Shown here: positions 17,564 through 28,127 of the stretch, piece after piece
Layout: every line of letters begins with the position of its first letter
Numbering within the stretch: position 1 is the stretch's first letter
NCBI RefSeq assembly: GCF_013329165.1
Contig: NZ_DUKV01000039.1
Reading direction: 5' to 3' (one strand)
Length of the DNA: 64,000 nucleotides
Source of the DNA: Methanocalculus sp.
GTDB lineage: Archaea; Halobacteriota; Methanomicrobia; Methanomicrobiales; Methanocorpusculaceae
The notes under the pieces: model-generated
Seen by the model: only the letters and a program-made list of their open reading frames with translations
Told to the model about the DNA's origin: nothing
The model's database searches: none
Translations under genes and position numbers: made by a program

Positions 17564-18202
17564 ATGCAGACCTCCCTTGAGGAAGATATCCTTGAAACCA
17601 TCCTTCTGATCCAGCAGAATGGTGACGTCCCAACACAGGAGAGGATTCTATCTCATCTCTCTCAACCGGAGGCATCAATTTCCACTGCACTCGAACAGTG
17701 CATGCATCTGGATCTCATCATCTCCGGGGGCTCCTCCGGCTACCATCTTACACCGGCAGGAAGAAGAGCTGCGGAGATGATCTCACGAAAACATGCTGTT
17801 CTGGAATGCTTTCTGAAAGAGACACTTGGTCTTGAAGCAGAGGCTGCCTCCCGTGAAGCATGCCTCCTGGAACATGATATCTCCGAAGAGACGATTAACG
17901 CTCTTGATTCATTCATGCAATCAAAAGGGGGTAGATGCCGCGAACACCACAGGCGTCCCTGCCCCACCCCTCCAGCATCCAGACCACTTCTCTCCTTCCC
18001 GGAAGGTGAGCCCCTTATCGTCACCTTTGTCAGTTGCCCGGGCCGCCACCGGAGGCTGATCGATCTGGGTGTTATCGAGGGTGAACCGATCATCATACGG
18101 AGAAAACTCCACAATGAAGCCGTCGTCATCTCGGTGAAAGGGTGCGATATCGCCCTCTCCCCGGAAGTCGCTTCCGAGATCCATGCACGGAGAAGTAGAT
18201 GA
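17564..18202 (+). CDS. DtxR/MntR-family metal-dependent repressor with C-terminal FeoA/SH3 domain
   Basis: EDILETI, LTPAG, RKHAVLECFL, EACLLEHDIS, RRLIDLGV..G. Start moved to ATG 17564. Confidence 0.85.
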   Translation: MQTSLEEDILETILLIQQNGDVPTQERILSHLSQPEASISTALEQCMHLDLIISGGSSGYHLTPAGRRAAEMISRKHAVLECFLKETLGLEAEAASREACLLEHDISEETINALDSFMQSKGGRCREHHRRPCPTPPASRPLLSFPEGEPLIVTFVSCPGRHRRLIDLGVIEGEPIIIRRKLHNEAVVISVKGCDIALSPEVASEIHARRSR

Positions 18203-20061
18203 CCAGACCCCTTTCCTGCGCGCTCATCGGAAACCCGAGTGTGGGAAAATCACTCATCTTCAACCATTTGACCGGCCTTGGTGTTGAAGTCAGCAACTAT
18301 CCCGGCACCACCGTCGATCTGATGCGTGGAAATGTCTGTTTTCAGCGCGAGATGATCGAACTCGTCGATCTCCCCGGCATCTACTCCCTAGAAGGGGAAT
18401 CCGAAGAAGAGACGCTTGTTCGGGGAATTCTGAAGCGGAAGGAGGTGGATATTCTTATCGCCGTCCTGGATGCCACCCATCTTGAACGGAACCTCTATCT
18501 TCTCCTTCAGATCGCAGAATACAAGATCCCGATGGTTATCGTCCTGAATATGGTCGATGAAGCGGAAAAGTATGGGATAGAGATCGACTACGATATCCTC
18601 TCAGAAAAGATCGGATCGCCTGTTATCCCGACAATTGCCTCTGAGGGAAAGAATATTGAGGCGATCATCGATCTCGCAACCGGAAAACCCTCTATCCCGA
18701 CAGTCGCTGTTCCGTACGATCACCATGTCGAAGCAGCTGTCCGGAGCCTTACCACGGTCTTTGGTATCGAGAGAAGTGCTGCTCTCCAGGCACTCGTACG
18801 CCCTGAGGGATCAGATGATCTCGCTGACTCGGCGCAGGGGCTTGGAGCCGAGATCGAAAAGCGGCATAATATGACTCCGCACCAGATCATCGCAACCAAC
18901 CGGCACAACTTCTCTCATGCACTGGCAGGGGAGGTAACCGAGCAGCACTCCCGCCCTCCCCGTTTTGATCTTGACACGATTCTGACACGGGCATTTCCCG
19001 GTATTCCCATCCTGATTGCCATGATCATCGTCATACTCCTGCTCGTATTCACTGCAGGCGCATTCTTTGAAGACGTCATCGTCACCTTCTTTGATGTCTA
19101 TGCAATCGAACCATTCCTTGCCCTCGAACTTCCCGGAATTGCATCAGCTGTAGGCCTTTCCATAATCATCGCCCTTCAGGCCGGCATGGGGATCGCGTTT
19201 CCCTATGTCTTCATCTTTTACCTGGTCATCTCGATCATCGAGGATTCAGGATATCTCACCCGTGCCGCGTTCCTCGCGGACCACTCAATGCACCGGTTCG
19301 GGATGCATGGGCAGGGGATCATTCCGATGGTCCTTGGGTTTGGATGCAGTGTCCCGGCACTGATGAGCGTCCGCCTCCTCACAACACGAAGAGAGCGGAT
19401 CATTGCCTCGGTCCTCGTCACGATGATTCCCTGTTCAGCCAGAACTGTTGTCATATCAGGGATTGTCGCCTCCTTTATCGGTCTTGCCGCTGCATTCTCC
19501 GTCTATGGAATCGTCTTCCTTCTCGTCTTTGCAACCGGGATCGTACTCTCGAAAGTGACGCCCGGCCAGCAGTTTGGGATGATCCTTGAGATGTCGGTAC
19601 TCCGGGTTCCCCGGCCCGATATGGTTGTGAAGAAGGCCTGGACCCGTCTCTCGGAATTTCTCTTCATTGCCATGCCGCTCCTCCTCGTATCCAGTGTCTT
19701 CCTTGGAATCTTTGAGTATCTCGGACTTGTGTCGACATTCCAGGATATTATAACCCCCTATTCCGAGGCCGTCCTCGGGCTTCCGGGATTTGCCGCTACC
19801 GCTCTTCTCTTTGGCATCCTCAGAAAAGAGATGGCATTTGAGACGCTGGTTGTTCTTGCGGGAACAGCAGATCTCGGCGCAGTCCTCTCAGGTGTGCAGC
19901 TGTATATTTTTGCGGTTGTCTGTGTCCTTTTTATCCCGTGTATCTCAACAATTGCTGTTTTAATCAGGGAAATTGGAAAACGGTGGGCGATACTCATATC
20001 ATTGTATACCGTCGCCGTAGGTATCATTGTAGGCGCATTGTTAAAAATAGGGATGACGTAA
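18199..20061 (+). CDS. feoB: Ferrous iron transporter B
   Basis: GNPSVGKS, NYPGTT, DLPGIYS, GFGCSVPA, PCSAR, membrane domain. Confidence 0.93.
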   Translation: MTRPLSCALIGNPSVGKSLIFNHLTGLGVEVSNYPGTTVDLMRGNVCFQREMIELVDLPGIYSLEGESEEETLVRGILKRKEVDILIAVLDATHLERNLYLLLQIAEYKIPMVIVLNMVDEAEKYGIEIDYDILSEKIGSPVIPTIASEGKNIEAIIDLATGKPSIPTVAVPYDHHVEAAVRSLTTVFGIERSAALQALVRPEGSDDLADSAQGLGAEIEKRHNMTPHQIIATNRHNFSHALAGEVTEQHSRPPRFDLDTILTRAFPGIPILIAMIIVILLLVFTAGAFFEDVIVTFFDVYAIEPFLALELPGIASAVGLSIIIALQAGMGIAFPYVFIFYLVISIIEDSGYLTRAAFLADHSMHRFGMHGQGIIPMVLGFGCSVPALMSVRLLTTRRERIIASVLVTMIPCSARTVVISGIVASFIGLAAAFSVYGIVFLLVFATGIVLSKVTPGQQFGMILEMSVLRVPRPDMVVKKAWTRLSEFLFIAMPLLLVSSVFLGIFEYLGLVSTFQDIITPYSEAVLGLPGFAATALLFGILRKEMAFETLVVLAGTADLGAVLSGVQLYIFAVVCVLFIPCISTIAVLIREIGKRWAILISLYTVAVGIIVGALLKIGMT

Positions 20062-20074
20062 CACGTAGTATATT

Positions 20075-20785
20075 ATGTACAGCTACCAGTTCGGTATCCC
20101 TGCACTCGACGATCAAATCGGCGGATTGACCTCGGGTGCGAATGTACTTATCCTGGCACCCCCGTTATCGGGTGCCGAGCGGATTGCATATAATCTCTCA
20201 TTTCCTTCTGAAAGCGAATACTCGGTTCTTCTCTCGACAGATGAACGGGCATCCGAGATCCTGAATTTTTTTAAGCTGAATGGAACGGAGAGGAGAGCCA
20301 TTGCGATCATCGATGCCATCACAAAAAGCGATCTGCCGAATGTGCCTGATACCGACCGGATGAAATTCATCGCAAGTCCGGTTGATCTGACCGGTATCAG
20401 CATCAAGATGAGCAAGATGTTTTCAGGTATCGTCGATGAGAGCCTGAAGACTCCAAAACCCGGTATTTTTCCTCCCCCTATTCGGTTCTGTGTCAACTCG
20501 CTCTCAACATTCCTGATGTACCGGAAACTGGAGGTGATGTATCAGTTTGTCCACGTCATCTCTGCCAAGATCAAGAAGAACGAGTGGATCGGGCTTTATA
20601 CTTTAAACAACGAGTCGTTTGATGCCCGCACTGTCTCGGTGATTAAACAGCTGATGAACGGAGTGGTTGAAGTGAGAGAAGGGACAGATAGCTTTGAACT
20701 GAGGGTTGTTGGTCTTGGAGGACGGATGACTCCGTGGCTTCCGTATTCATTTGATCCGAATGGGAAACTGGTGGTGGAAGGATGA
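20075..20785 (+). CDS. KaiC/RAD55-like RecA-fold protein with degenerate Walker A
   Basis: FGIPALDDQIGG...VLILAPPLSGAE; IIDAIT; CVNSLST; QLMNGVVEV. Confidence 0.7.
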   Translation: MYSYQFGIPALDDQIGGLTSGANVLILAPPLSGAERIAYNLSFPSESEYSVLLSTDERASEILNFFKLNGTERRAIAIIDAITKSDLPNVPDTDRMKFIASPVDLTGISIKMSKMFSGIVDESLKTPKPGIFPPPIRFCVNSLSTFLMYRKLEVMYQFVHVISAKIKKNEWIGLYTLNNESFDARTVSVIKQLMNGVVEVREGTDSFELRVVGLGGRMTPWLPYSFDPNGKLVVEG

Positions 20786-21948
20786 TATATACTGGAATTG
20801 ATGCGCTGGATGGACTGCTTGAAGGAGGGATTCCTGATGGGAGCCGGGTTCTCTTCTCAATCGAGCCGGAGGCAGACGGACAGCATTTCCTGATTTCGAT
20901 GCTCCATACTGCTGTAATTACCGGCAAAAAAACATTGGTTATTGCACCGTTTACCGGCAAAGATGCATACTATGTTGATATTGCGACACAGAGTCATTAC
21001 CATCTGGACTGTTATGATGAACTGATCAGTTTCCTTGATCAGCATGATGTCGAAGCAATCACGAGACAAAATCCTGACCGGAATGCATGCAGGGCAGCAT
21101 GGCGGGACAGAATCCGGAGCATTGTCACAGAGGAAGAGATAGACGTTGTCGTCGTCTATCTTGATGTCCTCTCGGATTATTTTGAATTTGCCGGAGCAGT
21201 CTCCCTCTTTGACGATCTTGGATCAGATAAGCCGGTCACCATAGCCTTTGAGTATTTTAATCTCTTTGGTGAGGAGATGCTCAATTCAATCCTCCGCGAA
21301 ACCCCCTGCGATCTCGTAATAACCCTTCAGTCGGGAGCGGGAGTTGTCTCTTTCTTCAACTACTTCACACTCCATACCGTATCCTGGCTCCCACTCCCGG
21401 CCCGTTCGCTCCCCTATATCGTCACCGAAGGTCATATTGTCCCCTATATCCCGAAGATTGTCGTAACCGGCCCCTCAAATTCCGGCAAGACAACCTTTGT
21501 CAAGAATATCTCGGAGAGCGGGATGTCAGTCGATCGCCTCGGGGTACTTGGCACGCCGACAACCGTTGCTCTTGATATCGGCCATATGGCAAGCAAGGGT
21601 TTTGATATCAATATCTATGGTACTCCGGGCCAGGAACGTTTTGACCCGATTGTTCCCCAGCTGGCACGGAATGCGATGGGTGTCATTCTGATGGTGGACG
21701 TCACACACCCCGATCAGATGGCCCGGGCATTGAAACTGAAGACAATAGTTGAAGGAAATGCTGTTGTTCCGCTCATAGTTGTTGCAAATAAAGCCGATCT
21801 CGAATATTCAGTCACTGAAGAGGAGATCCGCACCGCTCTTGAGATCGGGCCGGGAACACCGGTATTCTTCATATCGGCAACCGACCACAGACAATGCCGT
21901 GCTGTCATCGATTCAATGGTCGATCAGATCACGCGGTTTGAGTATTGA
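20782..21948 (+). CDS. Degenerate KaiC-like domain fused to MglA/Arf-like small GTPase
   Basis: N-terminal [13 protein letters not shown] without a P-loop; C-terminal [31 protein letters not shown]. Confidence 0.8.
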   Translation: MIYTGIDALDGLLEGGIPDGSRVLFSIEPEADGQHFLISMLHTAVITGKKTLVIAPFTGKDAYYVDIATQSHYHLDCYDELISFLDQHDVEAITRQNPDRNACRAAWRDRIRSIVTEEEIDVVVVYLDVLSDYFEFAGAVSLFDDLGSDKPVTIAFEYFNLFGEEMLNSILRETPCDLVITLQSGAGVVSFFNYFTLHTVSWLPLPARSLPYIVTEGHIVPYIPKIVVTGPSNSGKTTFVKNISESGMSVDRLGVLGTPTTVALDIGHMASKGFDINIYGTPGQERFDPIVPQLARNAMGVILMVDVTHPDQMARALKLKTIVEGNAVVPLIVVANKADLEYSVTEEEIRTALEIGPGTPVFFISATDHRQCRAVIDSMVDQITRFEY

Positions 21949-21956
21949 GGATACAG

Positions 21957-22730
21957 ATGCTGACATTTATCGGACTTGGGCTCTTTGACGAGCATGATAT
22001 CTCCTTAAAAGGACTTGCTGTCATCCGTGAGGCAGATGCAGTCTTCCTCGAAACCTATACCTCCAGGCTGATGGGTGCGGATATGCCTGCTCTTGAAGCA
22101 CTCTACCAGCAACCCATCCGACTCCTCTCCCGTGAGGATGTCGAACAGCACCCTGAACCGATCCTGGATGCAGCAGAATCGGGATCCGCCGTCTTTCTGA
22201 CAGCCGGGGATACCATGGTCTCAACCACCCACGCCGATCTCAGGATTCGAGCGGCTGAGCGTGGTATCCGGACCACAATCATCCACGCGGCTTCGATTGC
22301 AAGTGCAGTCTGCGGCCTTTCCGGCCTCCAGAACTACCGGTTCGGAAAGTCATGCTCACTCCCGTACCCGGAAGCGAGATGGATGCCCACCACACCTGTT
22401 GAGGTGATTGCAGCAAACCGTTCCCAGAACCTCCATACGATCGTATACCTGGATATTCAGAAGGAACGGTATATGCGGATATCTGAGGCCATTGCGATCA
22501 TCGAGGAGATCGGTGCCCGGCTCACTATCACAATCCCTCTCTATGTCGGCATTGCACGTGCAGGTTCAGATGATCCGGTTGTCATCGCAGGTACGGGAGA
22601 TGACCTTAAAAGAATGGATTTTGGCCCGCCGCTCCATATCCTGATCGTGCCTGCAGATCTTCACATGATAGAGCGTGAGTACCTTGAGTTGTTTGCCGGC
22701 CTTCCTCCTGAATCAGATTCAATCCAATGA
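21957..22730 (+). CDS. dph5: Diphthine synthase
   Basis: [40 protein letters not shown]. Confidence 0.92.
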   Translation: MLTFIGLGLFDEHDISLKGLAVIREADAVFLETYTSRLMGADMPALEALYQQPIRLLSREDVEQHPEPILDAAESGSAVFLTAGDTMVSTTHADLRIRAAERGIRTTIIHAASIASAVCGLSGLQNYRFGKSCSLPYPEARWMPTTPVEVIAANRSQNLHTIVYLDIQKERYMRISEAIAIIEEIGARLTITIPLYVGIARAGSDDPVVIAGTGDDLKRMDFGPPLHILIVPADLHMIEREYLELFAGLPPESDSIQ

Positions 22731-23305
22731 ATGCTCCGCTTGCCGAACTCTGCCGGTCTTTCACCGAAGCGCTTGAGAAAACGGATCCAATGATCAACCC
22801 TGCATCTCCCTATCTCCGGGTTGCAGAAGAGATCCTTGAGATGGCGTTTGCCTACCTTGAGGATGGTGTTGTCTTTTACAGAAGGGGCGATCCCGTCAAT
22901 GCCCTTGCCGCCTGGTGCTATGGATATGGGTGGCTTGATGCCGGTGCAAACCTTGGTATTCTGATCGTTCCATCACTATTCAGAGAGATCCCAGGACTTC
23001 ATGGTTCGATCCCCTCAACCTGTATTGAACACCTTGACGAGAAGACAGAACGATACCAGCGGATGCTCCATGAAGCCTGCCTCTCAATTGAAGATGCACC
23101 GGATGTATCAAGCCCAGTATATCCATTATGCAGCATAATCAGGGACTGTGTGGAAGAGTGGCACATGAAGGGCGAGGCATACCATGCCCGGCAGGATTCT
23201 GCATCGGCACTTGCTGCATACAGTTATGCATATGGATGGCTTGATTGTGGCGTGAGGGCAGGGCTCTTCCGGATAACCGGAGATCGGCATCTCTTCACGG
23301 CATAA
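22727..23305 (+). CDS. Tandem DUF357 domain protein
   Basis: Two copies of A..YxxGWLDxG ([18 protein letters not shown]). Confidence 0.8.
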   Translation: MNAPLAELCRSFTEALEKTDPMINPASPYLRVAEEILEMAFAYLEDGVVFYRRGDPVNALAAWCYGYGWLDAGANLGILIVPSLFREIPGLHGSIPSTCIEHLDEKTERYQRMLHEACLSIEDAPDVSSPVYPLCSIIRDCVEEWHMKGEAYHARQDSASALAAYSYAYGWLDCGVRAGLFRITGDRHLFTA

Positions 23306-23373
23306 CTGCCAGAAGATGTTTTAAGAATGGCAGATAATGATTGATGACATAATTGTGATGTACAGGTACTGAG

Positions 23374-24426
23374 ATGAATCAAGAACATAAGAAATGGATC
23401 TGGATCTCAATTGGGATCAGCACCCTCTTTCTCCTCGGGCTCCTGTACTTCACCTTTGACGAGTCCACGATCGTCGCCCTGAAAAACCTCAGCCCGTTTA
23501 TTCTCCTCCTTGCCCTCACCATTCATGTTATTGCCCTCGTCTGCTGGGCTCTCCGGATCAAGGTGATGGCATATTCGCTTGGATACCGCGTGGGACTCTT
23601 TCATTGCATCAACCTCGTCTTTGCCAACCTTTTCCTTGCCGGGATCACCCCTTCCCAGGCAGGAGGCGAACCGGTGCGGGTGCATGAACTCTATCGGGCG
23701 AATGTAAAACTCGGGGATGCGACTGCCATTGTGATCATGGAGAGGGTGCTTGATGGTATCATCTTCGGACTTGGCGGAGCAATAACCCTCTTTCTCCTTG
23801 GCACTGCCTGGAAAGATGTAAATCTCCCTCCAATTGTCAACACCGTCATTTACATTACCTGGATCGGTGTCATAATCGGGGTTGTTCTCTTTGCCTTCTC
23901 GGTCAGAAATCCCCTTATCTTAAAGAGGCTGATGCGGGTACTCACCGGCTTTCTGACCAGGAAGTGGGAGATGGCCCGGATCGAGCGGTTCATGGAGAAG
24001 GTCGATCGTGAGGTGGATAACTTTCATTTCAGCCTCGGCAAGTTCATCGGCAGAGGGAAGCTCGGTCTCCTTCTCGGTCTTATATTCACCGGATTTTTCT
24101 GGTTCCTCGAATTCCTTATCGCCTCTGTCCTTCTGATCGGCCTTGGTCAGGGTCCGCATTTCCTGGAATCATTTGTATCGCAGCTGATTATTGCAATCAT
24201 CATGATGATCCCGCTCACACCGGGTGGTGCCGGGGTTGCCGAGATCTCGATCAGCTCGATCTATGGTCTCTTCATCAGCACATCGGTCATTGGTGTCTTT
24301 GTCCTGCTCTGGCGGATTATCCTCTATTATTTCAATATCGGAATTGGTCTGGTATCAAGCCTGCTGATCGTCAAAAGGGAAGTTGGATCAGGTGAGGGTG
24401 ACCAACAACTTCATAAAGAGCAGTGA
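23374..24426 (+). CDS. UPF0104/AglD2-like flippase-domain membrane protein
   Basis: ITPSQAGGEP, ER..D, PLTPGGAGVAE, LLWR motifs. Confidence 0.85.
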   Translation: MNQEHKKWIWISIGISTLFLLGLLYFTFDESTIVALKNLSPFILLLALTIHVIALVCWALRIKVMAYSLGYRVGLFHCINLVFANLFLAGITPSQAGGEPVRVHELYRANVKLGDATAIVIMERVLDGIIFGLGGAITLFLLGTAWKDVNLPPIVNTVIYITWIGVIIGVVLFAFSVRNPLILKRLMRVLTGFLTRKWEMARIERFMEKVDREVDNFHFSLGKFIGRGKLGLLLGLIFTGFFWFLEFLIASVLLIGLGQGPHFLESFVSQLIIAIIMMIPLTPGGAGVAEISISSIYGLFISTSVIGVFVLLWRIILYYFNIGIGLVSSLLIVKREVGSGEGDQQLHKEQ

Positions 24427-24433
24427 CATTGAC

Positions 24434-24889
24434 ATGGTCATGGAGCAGGTCAGCTGCGAGGTGGCGGGTGTCTACCTTGCGATACACGATCTTGGTGTTG
24501 CCCCGGTTGTTCTTCTGAAAACGCAGGATGAACGTTATATTCCAATCTTTATCGGTCTCTTCGAGGCTGTATCCATTCATTCTGCTCTCAATGGTCCTCA
24601 ACCCCCCCGCCCCCTGACGCATGATCTCTTCAGTGACACCCTCACCGAACTTGGAGCAGCATTAAAGGAGGTTCGGGTCGATTCCGTTGATGACGGGGTC
24701 TACTATGCCACCCTTTTTCTTGATACACAGGCCGGTGATATCTCAATTGATTGCCGGCCAAGTGATGGAATAGCGCTGGCAGTCCGTCAGAAAGCTCCGG
24801 TATTCGTCGATTATGAACTGATGCCGGACTCAGCTGTACCGAGAGAACGGCTGCCCGAACTCAGGGAGTTTACAGAATATATAGGGTAA
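24434..24889 (+). CDS. Bifunctional nuclease family (DUF151)
   Basis: IPIFIGLFEA, RPLTHDL, DCRPSDGIALA. Confidence 0.88.
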   Translation: MVMEQVSCEVAGVYLAIHDLGVAPVVLLKTQDERYIPIFIGLFEAVSIHSALNGPQPPRPLTHDLFSDTLTELGAALKEVRVDSVDDGVYYATLFLDTQAGDISIDCRPSDGIALAVRQKAPVFVDYELMPDSAVPRERLPELREFTEYIG

Positions 24890-24893
24890 AAAT

Positions 24894-25205
24894 TTAGTCG
24901 TGGAGATTCATTCCTGTTCTGCGAACAGAAAGCTCCTCTTTTACAGCATCAAAACTGATATCTGCTGCTTTTAAGCTCACCATAAGGTGGAAGATGAGAT
25001 CTGCAGCTTCAGAGGTGATGCGGTCAGGTTCACCACCTTTAACGGCAAGAATATATTCAATTGCTTCTTCACCAACTTTTTCAAGGGATTTATCGATCCC
25101 CTTCTCATGAAAGAGGAGTGATCTGACATAGGATTTCTTCCCGCTTGTATCAGTTGCACGCTCCTCAATCACTTCCCAGAGTCTCTCGAAGATATCAGGC
25201 TCCAT
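24894..25205 (-). CDS. hisE: Phosphoribosyl-ATP pyrophosphatase
   Basis: KVGEEAIE, EAADLIFH. Confidence 0.9.
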   Translation of the reverse strand: MEPDIFERLWEVIEERATDTSGKKSYVRSLLFHEKGIDKSLEKVGEEAIEYILAVKGGEPDRITSEAADLIFHLMVSLKAADISFDAVKEELSVRRTGMNLHD

Positions 25206-25644
25206 GGTCTTCCTCAACGGTAATATCCCCGCTATCGGGTCCAAAGAAGCGGCGTACGATCATCCGTGCTTTCTCGATTGTGCAGCCGCCTTTTCCGATC
25301 GCAATCCCTACCTCATTCTTGTTCCTGACCGTCACCCGGATTCCGCCGGTCTCCCCTTCAGGGAAAGAAACATGCAACACTTCGGCAGGTTTGAAGATGT
25401 TCCTGATGAACTGGTCCCGATCCTCTGCATACTCAACCATCTCAATCCGCTTGCCGAGCACCTTCTGCATTTTTTTGATGTTGTCGCCACTCTTCCCAAT
25501 GGCGATGCCCATGTCGCCCGGTGTTATGATATATATCAGGCGGTCAAAGCGGTCGTCGATGATACAGTCAATTGCGGTTGATTTGGTGAGGATACGGAGC
25601 TCTTCAATATACCTGCGTTCCTTAAAACTAATTGTTCGCTCCAT
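25195..25644 (-). CDS. nusA: Archaeal NusA-like KH-domain protein
   Basis: Two KH domains (GIAIGKSG, GIAIGKGG), KRIEMVEY. Confidence 0.82.
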   Translation of the reverse strand: MERTISFKERRYIEELRILTKSTAIDCIIDDRFDRLIYIITPGDMGIAIGKSGDNIKKMQKVLGKRIEMVEYAEDRDQFIRNIFKPAEVLHVSFPEGETGGIRVTVRNKNEVGIAIGKGGCTIEKARMIVRRFFGPDSGDITVEEDHGA

Positions 25645-25782
25645 TGTACTATCCCGAGATGATGGTTCATTCTCTTTAGGAGGAATATTGTCAATATTCC
25701 TCATTAAGCATTTGTATTCTCCGGTACTGATGTGGCAATGCTGAAAAAAAACAGAAAAAGAGGATGAATGGATGCTGATCTT

Positions 25783-26523
25783 TCAGCAGATGTAGGTGAT
25801 CGAGACTGTGGCGGTGACGGTTACCTCACCCGCTTCAATCGGGGTTGCCGCTTTCTCCATGCCTGCACCGAGCATCATGGTGTCGTACATCCTGCTGGTT
25901 GGCGGATAGTATCCGCCGCCGATTGTCACCTCGTTCACATCACGGACTGAGATGCCAAGAGATGCAGCAACGACATCGGCATCGGCACGGGATTGTGCAA
26001 CCGCTTCCTGAAGCGCCTCTGCCCGGAGGCTTGCCTGTTTCTCGTCACTCAGGGTGAACGAGATATAATTGACGTTGTTTGCTCCGCTTTCAATGGCGAT
26101 GTCGATAATCTCGCCAGCTCTTGTTGTGTCGGTAAGGGTGATCATGAGGGTGTTCGTAACCCGGTAGACCTGGGCCCGCCTGTCCCCCGGCAGGATCCTG
26201 TCTTCATCCTTTGTCACCTGGTAGATCGAGTATCCGGTGGTCTTTATATCATCTGAGGTGAGCCCGGCATTCTTCAGGGCATTCATGACAGTGTTCATCT
26301 TCACAGCATTCTCCTGTTGTGCAGCCTTTACATCGGCATGTTCGGTCATAACCGCAACCGAGATCTCGACGCGGTCGGGAGTGGTTGTAATGGTGCCGGT
26401 TCCCTGGGTGTGGATCATCCGTTCATTCGAGGTGGTTGCCGCAGATACCGGCAGCACTATCAGGCTGAACACGAGGATCAGTGCCAGCATTGGTGTGAGT
26501 ATATGATTGCGCATAGCGATCAT
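25783..26523 (-). CDS. Secreted SIMPL (DUF541) domain protein
   Basis: Signal peptide, GTGTITTTPD, EALQEAVAQSRADA, TPIEAGEVTVTATVSITY. Confidence 0.88.
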   Translation of the reverse strand: MIAMRNHILTPMLALILVFSLIVLPVSAATTSNERMIHTQGTGTITTTPDRVEISVAVMTEHADVKAAQQENAVKMNTVMNALKNAGLTSDDIKTTGYSIYQVTKDEDRILPGDRRAQVYRVTNTLMITLTDTTRAGEIIDIAIESGANNVNYISFTLSDEKQASLRAEALQEAVAQSRADADVVAASLGISVRDVNEVTIGGGYYPPTSRMYDTMMLGAGMEKAATPIEAGEVTVTATVSITYIC

Positions 26524-26558
26524 ACTATCAAGGGTTTGTATATATCTTATAGTTTCTC

Positions 26559-26581
26559 TTAACTGCGAAGATATTTGCAGT
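26559..26581. promoter_or_regulatory. Palindromic candidate TF site upstream of SIMPL gene (copy 1)
   Basis: ttaactgcgaagatatttgcagt; 20/23 identical to 28105..28127; just upstream of the minus-strand TATA-like run at ~26537-26552. Confidence 0.6.
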
Positions 26582-26678
26582 CTAAATCAAAAAATAAGCC
26601 AAATTTCAAGGAAATACATCTTATACTATCTGGGCTGCACCTTTCATCAGGGATACCTGCACAATAGTACTTTCAGAT

Positions 26679-27299
26679 ATGGGCATATTTGATCTCATCT
26701 CAATATTTCTTATCGGGCTCGCAATCGGTCTCACCGGGGCACTTGCACCGGGCCCCACCCTGATTGCGACCATCAACGCCTCCGTCAGATCAGGATGGCG
26801 TGCCGGCCCGCTCGTCAGCCTTGGCCATATGGTAGCCGAGATCGGGATCATCCTGCTCATCATAGCCGGTCTTGGCACCCTGATCGGATCGGCGACATGG
26901 GCAATCGGGCTTGTTGGGGGTCTTGCTCTTGTAGCCTTTGGTATCCTGACCCTCTCCTCGGCCCGTGGAGCTCTTCTTCCGAGAGGAGACAGTTCTATAG
27001 ATGCAAAGAGGCCGGTTGCTGCAGGCCTGCTCACAAGCGTTGCAAACCCGTACTTCTGGATCTGGTGGTTTACTGTGGGAGCGGCTCTCCTCTGGAGTTA
27101 CATGGAGGGTGGCATTCTTGCAGGAGGTGTTTTCATGGCCGGCCACTGGGCAGCTGATATCGGGTGGCTCACACTCGTTTCTCTGAGCCTTCACCGGGGC
27201 AGGTTCTTCCTCTCGGATTCAGGATATCGGATCGTTCTTCTCGCATGTGGTCTCTTCCTGATCGCATTTGGGATATGGTTTGTATCTGGTTCAATCTAA
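26679..27299 (+). CDS. LysE-family translocator
   Basis: ALAPGP, GHMVAE, SVANPYFWIWW. Confidence 0.85.
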   Translation: MGIFDLISIFLIGLAIGLTGALAPGPTLIATINASVRSGWRAGPLVSLGHMVAEIGIILLIIAGLGTLIGSATWAIGLVGGLALVAFGILTLSSARGALLPRGDSSIDAKRPVAAGLLTSVANPYFWIWWFTVGAALLWSYMEGGILAGGVFMAGHWAADIGWLTLVSLSLHRGRFFLSDSGYRIVLLACGLFLIAFGIWFVSGSI

Positions 27300-27351
27300 A
27301 AAAGGGTGGCAGCGTCCTGCCAGGCAGCATGAACCCAAACCCACGTGGATG

Positions 27352-28059
27352 TTATGCTTCACTGTGGTATTGCCTGTAGAGCTCCCACTCATCAACTTCA
27401 GTTCCATTCGGAAGAATGGCAACCCCATACTCTCCATCGGGACCGGATCGGATCTCATATGCATACCCAAGCTCTTTCACAAAGACGGCGGCGGGATTTG
27501 CCATGCCGACCATGGAGGGTTTGGATTCGGTGATCGAGAGGATCGTCACAGGCTGTCCCCACTGCTGGATTGTCATGACATCTTCAGGTGTTGCCGTGAA
27601 GGTGACAGTGAGTCCGTCTACTTTGAATTCTTCTGCCAGGTTCAGGGGGAGGTATCTGGTACCTGCGCCGGATATGATCCCATAGAATCCGCCTTCAAGA
27701 TCGATGTAGGTGATAACCCCGGTGCCGGAGATCGCAGGCGCACTGGTGTCGGCACTGATCCCGGTGATCTGGATCGGGGTGCCCCACATATACGTCGTGG
27801 CACCCCCCTCTACCGGCACCCCGGTGAATGTAACCTCTCTTCCATCGACTTTGAATTTATCTTCCAGATTTACTGGGAGGTACTGGTCGCCTGCATCGGT
27901 AATGATTCCGAAGAATCCTCCTTCAAGGTCTATGTAGGTGATTGTTCCACTCCCTGACACCTCCGCTCCTGTCGGAGGCTCCTCAGTCACACATCCTGCT
28001 GCTAAGAGGAAGCATGCGGCGGCTGCCATGAGGGCTAGGATAATCAGTTTCACTTTCAT
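27352..28059 (-). CDS. Lipoprotein with two ~60-aa OB-like repeats and C-terminal DUF333-like domain
   Basis: Lipobox LAAGC; repeats GTITYIDLEGGFFGI / GVITYIDLEGGFYGI; GMANPAAVF...EWELYR. Confidence 0.75.
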   Translation of the reverse strand: MKVKLIILALMAAAACFLLAAGCVTEEPPTGAEVSGSGTITYIDLEGGFFGIITDAGDQYLPVNLEDKFKVDGREVTFTGVPVEGGATTYMWGTPIQITGISADTSAPAISGTGVITYIDLEGGFYGIISGAGTRYLPLNLAEEFKVDGLTVTFTATPEDVMTIQQWGQPVTILSITESKPSMVGMANPAAVFVKELGYAYEIRSGPDGEYGVAILPNGTEVDEWELYRQYHSEA

Positions 28060-28104
28060 TGCTATCAATGGGATAGTGGGCAGTATGATAATAAATATAT
28101 ACCT

Positions 28105-28127
28105 TTAACTGCGGAGATTTCTGCAGT
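28105..28127. promoter_or_regulatory. Palindromic candidate TF site upstream of DUF333 lipoprotein gene (copy 2)
   Basis: ttaactgcggagatttctgcagt(ta); taactgcgga/tctgcagtta arms match 9/10; adjacent to the AT-rich TATA-like run at 28091-28100. Confidence 0.6.

Noticed and set aside
23303-23336. taactgcc...ggcagata as a third copy of the SIMPL/DUF333 palindrome
   Set aside because: Spacing and core differ, and it overlaps a stop codon.
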